Positions 1 to 34,100 of a DNA stretch of 64,000 bases are shown here, one piece after another. Made by a program: the position numbers and the translations under genes. A model generated the notes under the pieces. It saw only the letters and a list, made by a program, of their open reading frames with translations. It did no database searches and had not been told where the DNA came from. The stretch's first letter is position 1. Every line of letters starts with the position of its first letter. The DNA comes from Heteronotia binoei (lineage: Eukaryota), in the NCBI RefSeq assembly GCF_032191835.1, contig NC_083242.1:496001-560000 (forward strand). Direction: 5' to 3'.

Positions 1-176
1 CCCCTTCATCTCAGCTGAAGCCCCAATCGCCTCTCAGAGGTCCGGCCCCTTCCCAGAATGGCAGCGATAAGTGCGTCCCGATCCCCTCCTCTGAGGACTT
101 GATGTATTTGGTTGCTGGTTTGACTCCTCACCTGCCCCCCACCCCCTGGCTCTGCTTCTCCCCTCTCCTTCTGCAG

Positions 177-7465
<7,289 letters not shown>

Positions 7466-8063
7466 AGGGGCAGGCCCAGGCGAGAGCACACTCTTCTAGG
7501 GGTTTTTTGGGTGAACACCCCTCCCCTCCCCCCTCTCTCTCTCTTCTCGGGGGGGGGCAGCTTCAGATTGGGTGCTCCAGGCCATCTACTGCATCCCAAC
7601 ATCACAGGGGGGGGGGGAGGTCAGGAGTTGCCCTTGGCTGCTTTCCCAACAGACACTTGAAGAGACCCTGGCTACACCTCTGCCATGGGGAGACAACTGG
7701 TTACAGTTTGCAGGGGGGTGGGGGCCATGGAAGCCCAGTGTGTGGGGGGAGTGATGCTGAGCAGGTTCTGAGTGTGGGGCAGAGGGAGAGATTTAGTGCC
7801 CTGGCCCAAAAGGAGAACTGGACCGCCAAGGGTGAGAAATGATTCTCCCCCACCCCGACCACACCAGTGCCCGAAGGTTGCTTGCCGTTCCGCCTTCCCT
7901 GGGTGGGCAGCTGCAGCAACAGCCCCTCCTGGCTTGGCCCACTGGCCCCCCTGCTGGGCGGGGGGGGTGGAAGAGATGGCTCCAGGATGCCCCACCTCCA
8001 CCTGGACTGTGGGAAAGAGCGCACCTGTCCCTGCGTGTTCGGAAAAATAGCATTTAACAGGCC

Positions 8064-8069
8064 AATAAA
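8064..8069 (+). terminator. Probable SCNN1B polyadenylation signal AATAAA
   Basis: First AATAAA noticed downstream of the stop at 7465, ~600 nt away. Confidence 0.55.
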
Positions 8070-8244
8070 AATGCCGGCTGTTGGAAGCTCTTTCCCAGGA
8101 GTCACGCTGTTTATGTTGAGGAGCAGCCATGGGGGAGGGAGGGAGAGAGGAGCCTCAGCCAAAGGGGTGCATCAAGACAGTGGCAAGAGGGGACTGGAGA
8201 AGCATCTGGAGCGAGGTCCACCAGCAGCTCCTAGCCACAAGGCA

Positions 8245-8495
8245 TAGACAGAACCCTCTGGGGCAGGGATGCTCTGTCTCCTTCCAGATCGGGGGCCATA
8301 GTGGGGGGCCTGGGCACTGTGTGACACAGCGGGTGGGCTTGGATTGGTCTCATCCAACAGGGCTTGTCTTCTGTTCTTAGAGCTGGGGCAGGGATGCTCT
8401 GTTAGCTTGGAGGGGCCGCGGTGGGAGGGCTTCTGGCCCCAGAGTGTTGCACTGGAAAGGGCATAGGCCTGATCCAACATGGCTTCCCTCATGCT
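8245..8495 (+). mobile_element. CR1 LINE 3' UTR remnant, tandemly duplicated
   Basis: Two successive CTGGGGCAGGGATGCTCTG...TCCAACA(T/G)GGCTT...TTCTT units homologous to the UTR at 36020-36080 and 44500-44850. Confidence 0.7.
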
Positions 8496-8668
8496 CTTCT
8501 GCTCTGTGCGGAGGGGAGGGGGCCTTGCCCAACTGAATGGGGGGACAGGGACACCCTCCTTAGCACAGCACCACCCAGCAGGGCAGGGTCTGCGGAAGAG
8601 TCTGGCCCAGGCCTGGTTCCGTCACTCCAGCGGAGGAGGAGCAGCCAAAGTTTCCTGTCCAGGCCTGC

Positions 8669-9352
8669 ATTAAAGGAGTTAAATTTCACGATCAAGAATT
8701 CAAGTTAAGTATGTTCACCGATGACATGTTGTTGTGGGCTACAGATCAACACTTCTCACTCCAATGTCTACAAAACCTTCTATTGCAGTTTAGCACAATT
8801 TTGGGCTTGAAAATAAACACCTCAAAATGCTATACTTCCAGTTAACCTATCTTCATCAACAACAATTCTTAAAAGAAAATTTCACATTTCAACGGTCACA
8901 CACCTCTTTGCCTTATTTGGGCATTCTTCTCACACCGTATATTAAAGATTTGTTGAAAATCAACTACCTCAAACAAATTTCAGGACTTTAAATCAGATCT
9001 TGGAAAATGGGAAAAATTGTTGCTCAACTGGTATGATCGATACCACTTAATAAAATCATTTGTTCTTCCAAAACTTCTCTTCCTCTTCTTTTTGTTTGGC
9101 TGGGATGGAGCAAGTCATTATCCTTAGAGTCAAAAAATTCTAGCCCAGTTACGAGTTAATTTATCCTTAGTAAGATATTTATCTACTGATCGATTGATTG
9201 GCGAATTGGACGTTATCTTAAATGCTAAATAAGATGTTTTACAATGTTATACATTCCATAGTACTTTATGCATAGTAGAATTTGTTATGTACTTCACCCA
9301 ACAAAGTTCAGAATAACCTGGAATTTTTAAAATAAACTTATGTTTTTAAAAA
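8669..9352 (+). mobile_element. L1/Tx1-clade LINE fragment (RT region + 3' end), decayed and internally deleted
   Basis: AT-rich island translating to IKGVKFHDQEFKLSMFTDDMLL...GLKINTSK, PYLGILLT...NY, DLGKWEKLLLNWYDRYHLIKSFVLPKLLFLF with frameshifts; AATAAA and short A-tail near 9330-9352. Confidence 0.8.
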
Positions 9353-10086
9353 AGGAGCTCCTGCAGCCTGGAACACTGGCCCTCTCTAGCGCATAGGGAC
9401 AGCTGCCCCCTGCCCCAGAGGGGACTTGCAGGTTGAAGTCTGGAACGCTCCCCTCGCCCCCTCCTCCATCCCAGGAGACCTTTCCTTGCAGGCCTCTCTG
9501 GGAGCCAGGTGCCCACCCTGGGCCATGCCCACAAGGTCTTGCCAAGCCAGCAGTCTGGCTGAGGGGGGGAGAGGGCAGAAGCCTCCAGGCCCTCCCCATG
9601 GGCTTCCTGCCCAGCCCTGTTCTCCCACCCCACCCCCGTCTGCACTTCCTGTGGCACCCCGCCCCGGCTGTTGCGAGGTCTCAGCCAGCGTCAGCCAGTC
9701 TTGAAGAATGGGCAGCACGTTGCAGGAGGGCAGCGGCAGGAAGCCGGCGGGATCCAGTTTGCACAGGTCCTCTCTGCCCATGGTAGCCTGTTCCTCTGCC
9801 CAGTCCCTGGGAAAGAAGCCGGGACTTCCCCGGAGGCTCAGGAGCCACACGGCCAGGCAGCAAGAGCTGGGGGCCACATCTGGCTCCACATCCGTTTGAC
9901 AGACTGCTGGCCAAAGGAGCAGCGGGGGAAGGCTGATGCCCCCTTCCAGCTGCAGGAGGGTTGCAGAAGGCCTCTCCCCCACCCCAGGTTGGACTCTTGA
10001 AGGGCCCTTTCCACCAGAGCTCCTCTGCGGAGACCCCACCCCAGGCGAAGCAAGGCAGCCTCTTCATGCAAGGGGTCCTGGGGGCT

Positions 10087-10092
10087 TTTATT
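10087..10092 (-). terminator. COG7 polyadenylation signal AATAAA
   Basis: TTTATT on + strand ~50 nt past the COG7 stop codon. Confidence 0.7.
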
Positions 10093-10141
10093 GAGCTCTC
10101 TGCTGCCTCCCCGCAGAGTCCTGCCCAGGCCCCTCCCCTCC

Positions 10142-26595
<16,454 letters not shown>

Positions 26596-26718
26596 GCTGA
26601 GCTGCAGCACCCTCTCCCTCCTCTAGGCAGAGAAGAGAGAAGAGAAGAAGAGGTGGGATTTCGACCCACCCTTCACTCAGAGCGGCCTCCAGTCTCCCCC
26701 CAACAGATGCCCTATGAG

Positions 26719-26922
26719 CACTACCCCCTCTAAGCTGCGGAGTCTTGTGAGCAAAAATGTCTTCATGAGCTACTGGCATTAAAGTCGTGAGTGAGTGATT
26801 GGGCTGCAGCATAACTAGTTTGCTCTGGGGCCATTTTTCCTGAGCTAAGACAAAAATGTGTGAGCTGGAGGCTAAAAAAACGGTGAGCTGGCTCACACTA
26901 ACTCAGCTTAAAGGGAACACTG
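26719..26922. mobile_element. hAT-superfamily MITE
   Basis: Degenerate TIRs (CACTACCCCCTCTAAG / CTTAAAGGGAACACTG), 8-bp TSD CCTATGAG/CCTGTGAG; inverted homologue of 44214..44387. Confidence 0.8.
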
Positions 26923-27599
26923 CCTGTGAGGCAGGCGGGGCTGAGAGAAGTCTGAGAAGACTGCTCCTGAGGGGAAAGCTCTGAGAGAGCTTGTGAATGT
27001 CAGCAAAGGGTTCATTGAAGTCTCAAAAACGATCAGACTTGTCGTTGTTCAAAACTAAGTTTCATTTATTGATTACAACAGTGTTACTCTCCTACGTGTG
27101 ATTCATTGAAACTGATAACAGATAGCTTGCACCATTGGCCTTTATGAAGGCACTTCAAAGGCTAGGGCTTTAAACTATTTTCTCATAATAAAACTACAGT
27201 TGTCCCGGCAAGCAACACTTTCACACGCCCGCTTATCTGGCCCTGGGGGTGGATGCGCTCTCCCCCCCCCCTGCCCCCCCCCCGGTGATGTCCTTGCTTT
27301 GCTTGGGAGGCGCCAGGGAGGCGAGCTTGGCGCTCTGCACTTCAAAGACTGGCCTTTGGCGTTTGAAACATGGCCTGACAGTGACTGGCCCAAGGTCACC
27401 CAGCTGGCTGCACGTAGAGGAGTGGGGAAGTCAGACCTCCACACACACCCTTCCTTCCCCAAGCCTGTGAAGCGGTTTATGCAAAACTAGCCCAAGCCTC
27501 TGAGGTCTGCTTCACACACGCAAGAAAAATGAGGACAGTCGAGCTCTGCAATGCTGCCATCATGGACTGCACAGCGGGGGGGGGGGGGGAGGGGCATCG

Positions 27600-29072
27600 T
27601 TGAACATCTGAAGCTGCCTTCTACTGAGTCAGGCCCCCCTCAGTCCATCCAAGTCAGTATTGTCTTCTCAGACTGACAGCGGCTCTTTCTCCAGGGTCTC
27701 CAGCTGAGGTTTTTCATGCCTATTTGCCTGGACCCTTTTTTGCTGATTGTGTGATTGAACCCGGGACCTCCTGCTTACCAAGCAGACGCTCTGCCTCCCT
27801 CCAGAACTGTCTACTCAGACTGGCAGCTGCTCTCCGGCGTCTCAAGCTGAGGTTTTTCACGCCTACTTGCCTGGACCCTTTTGAGTTGGAGATGCCTGGG
27901 ATTGAACCTGGGACCTCCTGCTTACCAAGTAGATGCTCTACCACTGAGCCACCGACCCTCCCCTAATAACAGAACACATGAAGCTGCCTTCTACTGAATC
28001 AGACCCCCCTGGGACCATCCACGTCAGTCTTGTCTACTCAGCCTGGCAGTGGCTCTCCAGGATCTCAAGCTGGGGTTTTTCACGCCTACTTGCCTGGACC
28101 CCCTTTTGAGTTGGAGATGCCGGGGATTGAACCCGGGACCTCCTGCTTACCAAGCAGATGCTCTGCCACTGAGCCACCGTCCCTCCCCTAATAACAGAAC
28201 ACATGAAGCTGCCTTCTACTGAATCAGACCCCCCTGGGACCATCCACGTCAGTCTTGTCTCCTCAGACCGGCAGCTGCTCTCCAGGGTCTCCAGCTGAGG
28301 TTTTTCACGCCTACTTGCCTGGACCCTTTTGAGTTGGAGATGCCGGGGATTGAACCTGGGACCTCCTGCTTGCCAAGCAGATGCTCTACCACTGAACCAC
28401 TGTCCCTCCCTCCAGTACTGTGTACTCAGCCTGGCAGTGGCTCTCCAGGGTCTCAGGCTGAGATTTTTCACGCCTGCTTGCCTGGACCCTTTTGAGTTGG
28501 AGATGCTGGGGATTGAACCTGGGACCTTCTGCCTATCAAGCAGATGCTCTGCCACTGAGCCACTGTCCCGCTCTAAAGTCAGTCTTGTCTACTCAGATTG
28601 GCAGCAGCTCTCCAGGGTCTCAAGCTGAGGTTTTTCATGCCAACTTGCCTGGACCCTTTTGAGTTGGAGATGCCGGGGATTGAACCTGGGACCTCCTGCT
28701 TGCCAAGCAGATGCTCTACCACTGAACCACTGTCCCTCCCTCCAGTACTGTGTACTCAGCCTGGCAGTGGCTCTCCAGGGTCTCAGGCTGAGATTTTTCA
28801 CGCCTGCTTGCCTGGACCCTTTTGAGTTGGAGATGCTGGGGATTGAACCTGGGACCTTCTGCCTATCAAGCAGATGCTCTGCCACTGAGCCACTGTCCCT
28901 CTCTAAAGTCAGTCTTGTCTTCTCAGATTGGCAGCGGCTCTCCAGGGTCTCAAGCTGAGGTTTTTCACGCCTACTTGCCTGGACCCTTTTGAGTTGGAGA
29001 TGCCAGGGATTGAACCTGGGACCTCCTGCTTGCCAAGCAGATGCTCTACCATCGAGCCACCGTCCCTCCCCC
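27600..29072 (-). mobile_element. Head-to-tail array of 8 tRNA-Ala-like SINE units
   Basis: Each unit has GGTGGCTCAGTGGTAGAGCATCTGCTT...GGTTCAATCCC...CATCTCCA (tRNA-Ala-like, A and B boxes) plus CCAGGCAAGTAGGCGTGAAAAACCTCAGC body; last five units have 330-bp dimer period. Confidence 0.88.
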
Positions 29073-29324
29073 TTCACAAACAAAGCCCCCTCCAAGAGAA
29101 AGGCAGCACAGCCAGCAGCACTGGCCCCCACACGCCCTACGCGCTGGTTTCCCGCCAGCAGCATCTTCCCTGCCCCTGCGGGTAGACTGCCTCGGGACAA
29201 GGAGGCTCCATCGACCTGCCCGGGGGAGCCCTGCTGCACGGCTTGCCTTCTAAGGGGGACAGACCTGCAGCGCCCCCCCTTGCTCGTGCCCGCCCCCACC
29301 TCTACCGGGGGTCCCGGAGCTCAC

Positions 29325-29420
29325 CTGCGCGCACGCGCAATCCCCCACCTCGCCCCGCTTGACGCGTCGTCAGCCCACCCAGGTGGCCGCCATCTTGACT
29401 GAGGGCGGCTGTGCCCGCCG
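29325..29420 (-). other. COG7: Predicted non-coding first exon of COG7 (5' UTR), spliced to acceptor at 26622
   Basis: Donor CAG|GTGAGC at 29325/29324 inside a CpG island; pyrimidine-tract acceptor (tcttctcttctctgcctag) at 26623, 27 nt before the ATG. 5' end approximate. Confidence 0.6.
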
Positions 29421-29700
29421 GAGCTCCGCCTTCCGCAGCTTCACACCCCTTCCCCCGGAGACTTCCGGGAACTCCCCCGCTTTCGCCTGCGATTGGCCCA
29501 ATGGGCTCACAGGCCCCGCCTACTCAATGACGCGATTCGTCCCGTGGTTGCCCGCTTGTCGTGCCGCTGTTGCTTTCGGCCAATGGGAATCCTTCGTCCT
29601 CTGCAGCGCCTCCTTCAGGGCGGGGGAGGAAGGGACCTCGCGGCTGTGGCATCAGGCGGGCGCTCCTGCAGAGATGCAGCGGGCAGCCTCGTCCTCCTCT
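29330..29700 (-). promoter_or_regulatory. COG7 CpG-island promoter
   Basis: CpG-rich; YY1-type CCGCCATCTT (~29388), ETS/GABP ACTTCCGG (29461), CCAAT/ATTGG boxes (~29492-29502, ~29581), GC box GGGCGGGG (~29618). Confidence 0.7.
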
Positions 29701-30414
29701 TGGCGCTCCAGAAATTCGTGTGAAGCAGAAGAAACAGCCCTGGGGGGGGGGGCAGATTCCTTTGGACTCCTGCAGAGTTTGGAATGTTTCTTGCCGCTTT
29801 AGCAGCCCCGCCTTAAGCAGAGCTGGTGTCGGGAGGACCCCTGCATGAGTCTCTGGCTGACACTGCTTGGCTGAGCCGGTTCCCGCTTGCGCTCCTAGAT
29901 CTGAGCTGCAGCCTCACCATGTATTTGTTCTCCCCTCCCCAAGAGGCGCATCCCCCTGGGTGATCCCCTCCCTCTTCACAGCTCCTGCCAGTCCCTGTGG
30001 GTTTCTTTGCCTTTCCCTGGGCAGGACAGCAGATCTGGGGTGGCCGAGAAACCTGGCACAGGACCCTCCCGGGGGTTAACCCGCACAAGCCTTGTAGAAA
30101 TGGCCAGGGAGGCAGTGTGCCAACCTTTGCAGTTCATGCCAGTCAAGTCTGTACAGAGAAGGGGGGCAGGGGGGCTGGTGGGAACAGCAGCAATGTGGGG
30201 GGGGGGGACGAGGAAGCCCCAAAGCCAGGGGGTCTCTGAGGGTAGTGGAGTCCCCCACCCCCGTCCTGCTCCCAGGGCCCTTCCTGGGTGAGCCTGGCAA
30301 GCCAGCACAAGCAACTGTGCCCAAGCACCAGTGTGCAGATAGTGGACAAAAGCTGTCCTAGAACGTCCACTGCCTGGGGCTGCCCCCTCTGCTCCCGTGA
30401 CCCCAAGGGAAAAG

Positions 30415-30857
30415 TGTTGGAATACAAGCTATGTACATTCCAGCCATTATATAGTTAACTGTTTGTTTACCTGATAGAGGAAGTGATGTATTGTGACCTA
30501 AACTCAATTGTGGGATGGTTCTTACTTTGCCCGCAAAAGATGAGAACACAACATTGGTCAGAGAGGATGTTAGGTGTGAAATGCTTTGATCTTGTATGCA
30601 AGTTTTATTGCTCTTCTTCCTGGTGAAATGCCTTTGGGGGAGAAGAACGTGGAGACAAAGAACGTAGCCATGTAGTAAGACATAAATAGACTAGCTGGTA
30701 AGCTAGATTGTTTTTCTGTTTTATTCCAAGTACCCTATCCTGATGTTTTCTAGTAAACTTTATTTCTTTTGATAAGCTTAAGCCTCGACTCCAATTACTG
30801 ACACTCCAAACCTCTGAATTGAAAAAGGAATTTTCTAACATTTTGGTAGCAGATGAT
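30415..30857 (+). mobile_element. LTR retrotransposon remnant: 426-bp LTR plus tRNA-iMet primer-binding site
   Basis: TGTTGGAA...TTCTAACA terminal inverted repeat (30415..30840), TATA-like CATAAATA (~30681), AGTAAA (~30752), then TGGTAGCAGAtGAT (30844..30857), 13/14 complementary to the tRNA-iMet 3' end. Confidence 0.75.
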
Positions 30858-31030
30858 AAAAGGTTCCAACAAAAAGGGCCCCAGGGTGCTTACTCTGCCC
30901 CCAGAACAGCTGGTTTCACAGCTAGGTAATGTTCCCGCCTAAGCCTGCTGACGTCAGGCCCCTTCAGGATCATTCGAGAAAGAGCCTCCCCCTCGCAGTC
31001 TATAAAGTCTACACATTTTTATTAAATATC

Positions 31031-31036
31031 TTTATT
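31031..31036 (-). terminator. GGA2 polyadenylation signal AATAAA
   Basis: TTTATT on + strand ~140 nt past the stop, followed on the - strand by AT-rich sequence. Confidence 0.65.
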
Positions 31037-31176
31037 CAAAAAGGTGCGGATTGATTCGCAGAAAGAGAAGGCCAACTAAATCCTATCTGGGTGCTCAGGA
31101 GTCAAGATGCGGGTGGTCTTGGCCCCTTCCAGAAAGCTCAGGGCAAGCTGCCCCCCCCCCCACTCCTGCCTCATCT

Positions 31177-34100
31177 TCAATTCCCACCCCACAGCTCCGC
31201 ATTGGGGAAATCGGCCACCTCCCCCTCTTCGCAGTGGGGCTGCTGGTTCTGGGTGTAGAGCAGCCTGTACTTCAGTCGCAGAGGCACCTGGGGGGAGAGA
31301 GAAGGGCAGTCAGGGGGCTCCACCACATCCCTTTGGCCCCCTCCCCAAAGCTTCCTTCTCGCACTGTGCAAGCAGCAGTCACTCCAGAAAACCCCCTGCC
31401 TAGGCCAAGCGCTTCTTCAGAGTCTGCTCCAGGGCCAGGCCTCTGCCCATTGGCAGTGGCTGAAACCACGCATGGATTCTGGCCCTGCAGCCCACCTTCC
31501 CCAAGGGCCCGGTCTGCCAGAGGGGCTCCAGCCTCATCGAGGCCTCCCTGGGCAGCTCTGGGGAGGAGGCTTGCCCCGCCCACTCCCAGGCCCCTCCTAC
31601 CTTCACAGGGTTGGCCACGAGCAGCACTTGGGAAATGACCGCTGGGGGCAGCAGCGGGTTGAAGGCCAGCAGGGTGGAGCCTGTGGCTGGCTGAAGCTTG
31701 ATTGCCATGGCCTGGGCAGGGAGGGGAGGGGAAAGGGGAGGAGACACGGAGAGTCAGGGGAAACTGCCCAGAGGGGAGGCTAGGCCTCAGGCCTGCCGTG
31801 AACCTGCCACGTGCCATGAGCAAAGGGCATCCCCTCTGCCCACCCACCCCTCAGCCCGGGGCTTGGGGACCTCCACCTCTTTGGTGTAGTGCTTAAGTGT
31901 GCCAGTTTGGTGTGGCGGCTGAATGCGTGGACTCTTATCTGGGAGAACCAACCGGGTTTGATTCACCCCTCCTCCACTTGCACCTGCTGGAATGGCCTTG
32001 GGTCAGCCATAGCGGTTAAGTGTGCAGACTCTTATCCAGGAGAACCTGGTTTGATTCCCCACTCCTCTATTCGCAGCTGCTGGAATGGCCTTGGGTCAGC
32101 CATAGCTCTCTCAGGAGTTGTCCCTGAAAGGGCAGCTTCTGGGAGAGCCCTCTCCAGCCCCACCCACCTCACAGGGTGTCTGTTGTGGGGGAGGAAGATA
32201 AAGGAGATTGTAGGCCCCTCTGACACTCTGATCCAGGGAGAAGGGCGGGGTATAAATCTGCAGTCTTCTTCTTCTCTTTCTGCCCCTAGGTAAAGCCTAG
32301 AGCTGAAACGGGTGGCAGAAGTTCCCACAAGCGCTCTAGGAGGCCACAAGACTGTCCCGAGCTGTCCAGAGGGAGCCTCGGACTTGGAAGGTCACCAGAG
32401 GATTCTTGGCTTCTGGGTGCCAGCCAGAGTTTCAGAAAAGCCAAGTCTGAGGCACTGGCTGTCTGGAGGCCACTCACCTTTGGCACAGCGGCCTGAAACA
32501 CCACCTGTTGGGTGAGGTGAGGAGATGTGCTCAGGAGAGAGAAGACCAGCACGCGGGCAGCCGGCTGGCCGGGCACCAGCTCCCTGGAGAAGTGCAGCAG
32601 GGCCTTCAGGCCGTCCCGTTCATAGACAGTGACAGGGGGAATGGGGCCTGCCGGGGCAAGAAGCGGGGCTGTCAGCAGGGGAGAGAGGCATGGGGAGGCG
32701 GGGGCAAAGAGGGCACCCATGACTCCCCTCCCCAGCAACACCGATGACCCAGCCTTTCCCCCACAAAGGGGAGCCCCAGATCCCGCACACACACCCCGCA
32801 CTCACTCAGCTTGATGGATTCCAGAGGGATAAAAAGATCAGCCAAGATGCTGGAGGGAGCTGGGGGGGTCGCTCCAGGGTGCCCACTGAGGAATGCAGTC
32901 TCCCCCACAGGGCTGTCGGGAAGACCTGAGGGGGAGTGAGGTTGGAGGTGGCTTCTCGACTCCCAGCAAGGGGTGTCCCTTCCCCGCTGCTCTTTCCAAG
33001 GCCTGCCCAGCTGCCTCCTTCCCCCCCACCGCCCCTCCCTCCCTCCACCACTGCGGAAGGGCCCACAGAAGTCCCTCTGAGGCTCAGGATAGAACAACAG
33101 AATCCTAGAGGTGGAAGGGACCTTCGGGGTCATCTAGTCCAACCCCCTGCACAATGCAGGAAACTCACAAACCCCTCCCCCTAAATTCACAGGATCATCA
33201 TTGCTGTCAGATGGCCATCTAGCCTCTGTTTAAAAACCTCCAAGGAAGGAGAACCCACCACCTCCCGAGAAAGCCTGTTCCACTGAGGAATCGCTCTAAC
33301 GGGCAGGAAGTTCTTCCTCATGTTGAGCTGGAAACTTTTGATTTAATTTCAACTCATCGGTTCTGGTCCGACGTTCTGGAGCCACAGAAAACAACTCCAC
33401 GCCATCCTCTAGATGACAGCCCTTCAAGTACTTGAAGATGGTGATCCTATCACCTCTCAGCCGCCTCCTCTCCAGGCTAAACATGTCCAGCTCCTTCAAC
33501 CTTTCCTCATAGGACTTGGTCTCCAGACCCCTCACCATCTTCATCGCCCTCCTCTGGACCTGTTCCAGCTTGTCTATATCCTTCTTAAAATGTGGTGCCC
33601 AAAACTGAACACAAGACTCCAGGTTCCATTTTGCTCCCTGCCCAGGAAGAGCGGATTGGATGACCCCCGCAGAGGAGTCCTGGCAGAACTCATGCCCACT
33701 AATCGGGCACTGCCAGAGCCCTGGTGCCTAGCAAGGGCCTGTTCTCACCCATGCCATGGCTGCTGGACCCTCTCCTGCCCCACCCTCCATAGGAGGTGCC
33801 CCCCGCCCCTGGCACTCACCTAAGGACACCAGCTCTTCATCCAGAGAGTGGGGGGAGGGGGAGGGCTTGCTCTTTGCCTTTTCCAGAAAGGACCCGGGAG
33901 CACCAAAGGCAGAGTCCAGCTCAGAGAAGTCGATGAGGGAGGAGCTCCCAGCAGGGTCTGCAGGGGACAGGGGCCCTGCTGGAAGAAACCAGGTGGCCAT
34001 GCCAGGGAGGAAGAGGCTGAAGGCTCACCCTCACCACCTGTTTGCCTTCCTGGGATACCCACCTGGTGCATCCATGGCTCCGGCTGCAGGGCTCCTGCCT

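Noticed and set aside
1-120. Weak resemblance to SCNN1B coding sequence (PFISAE in one frame; QLKPQSP...NGSDKC...EDL in another, like a decayed copy of the next exon)
   Set aside because: Similarity is short and patchy, one frame hits TAA before the only GT, and no convincing splice sites; treated as intron.
26998-27198. 200-bp AT-rich island starting TGT and ending ACA, LTR-like
   Set aside because: No TSD, PBS or second copy found; too short to classify.
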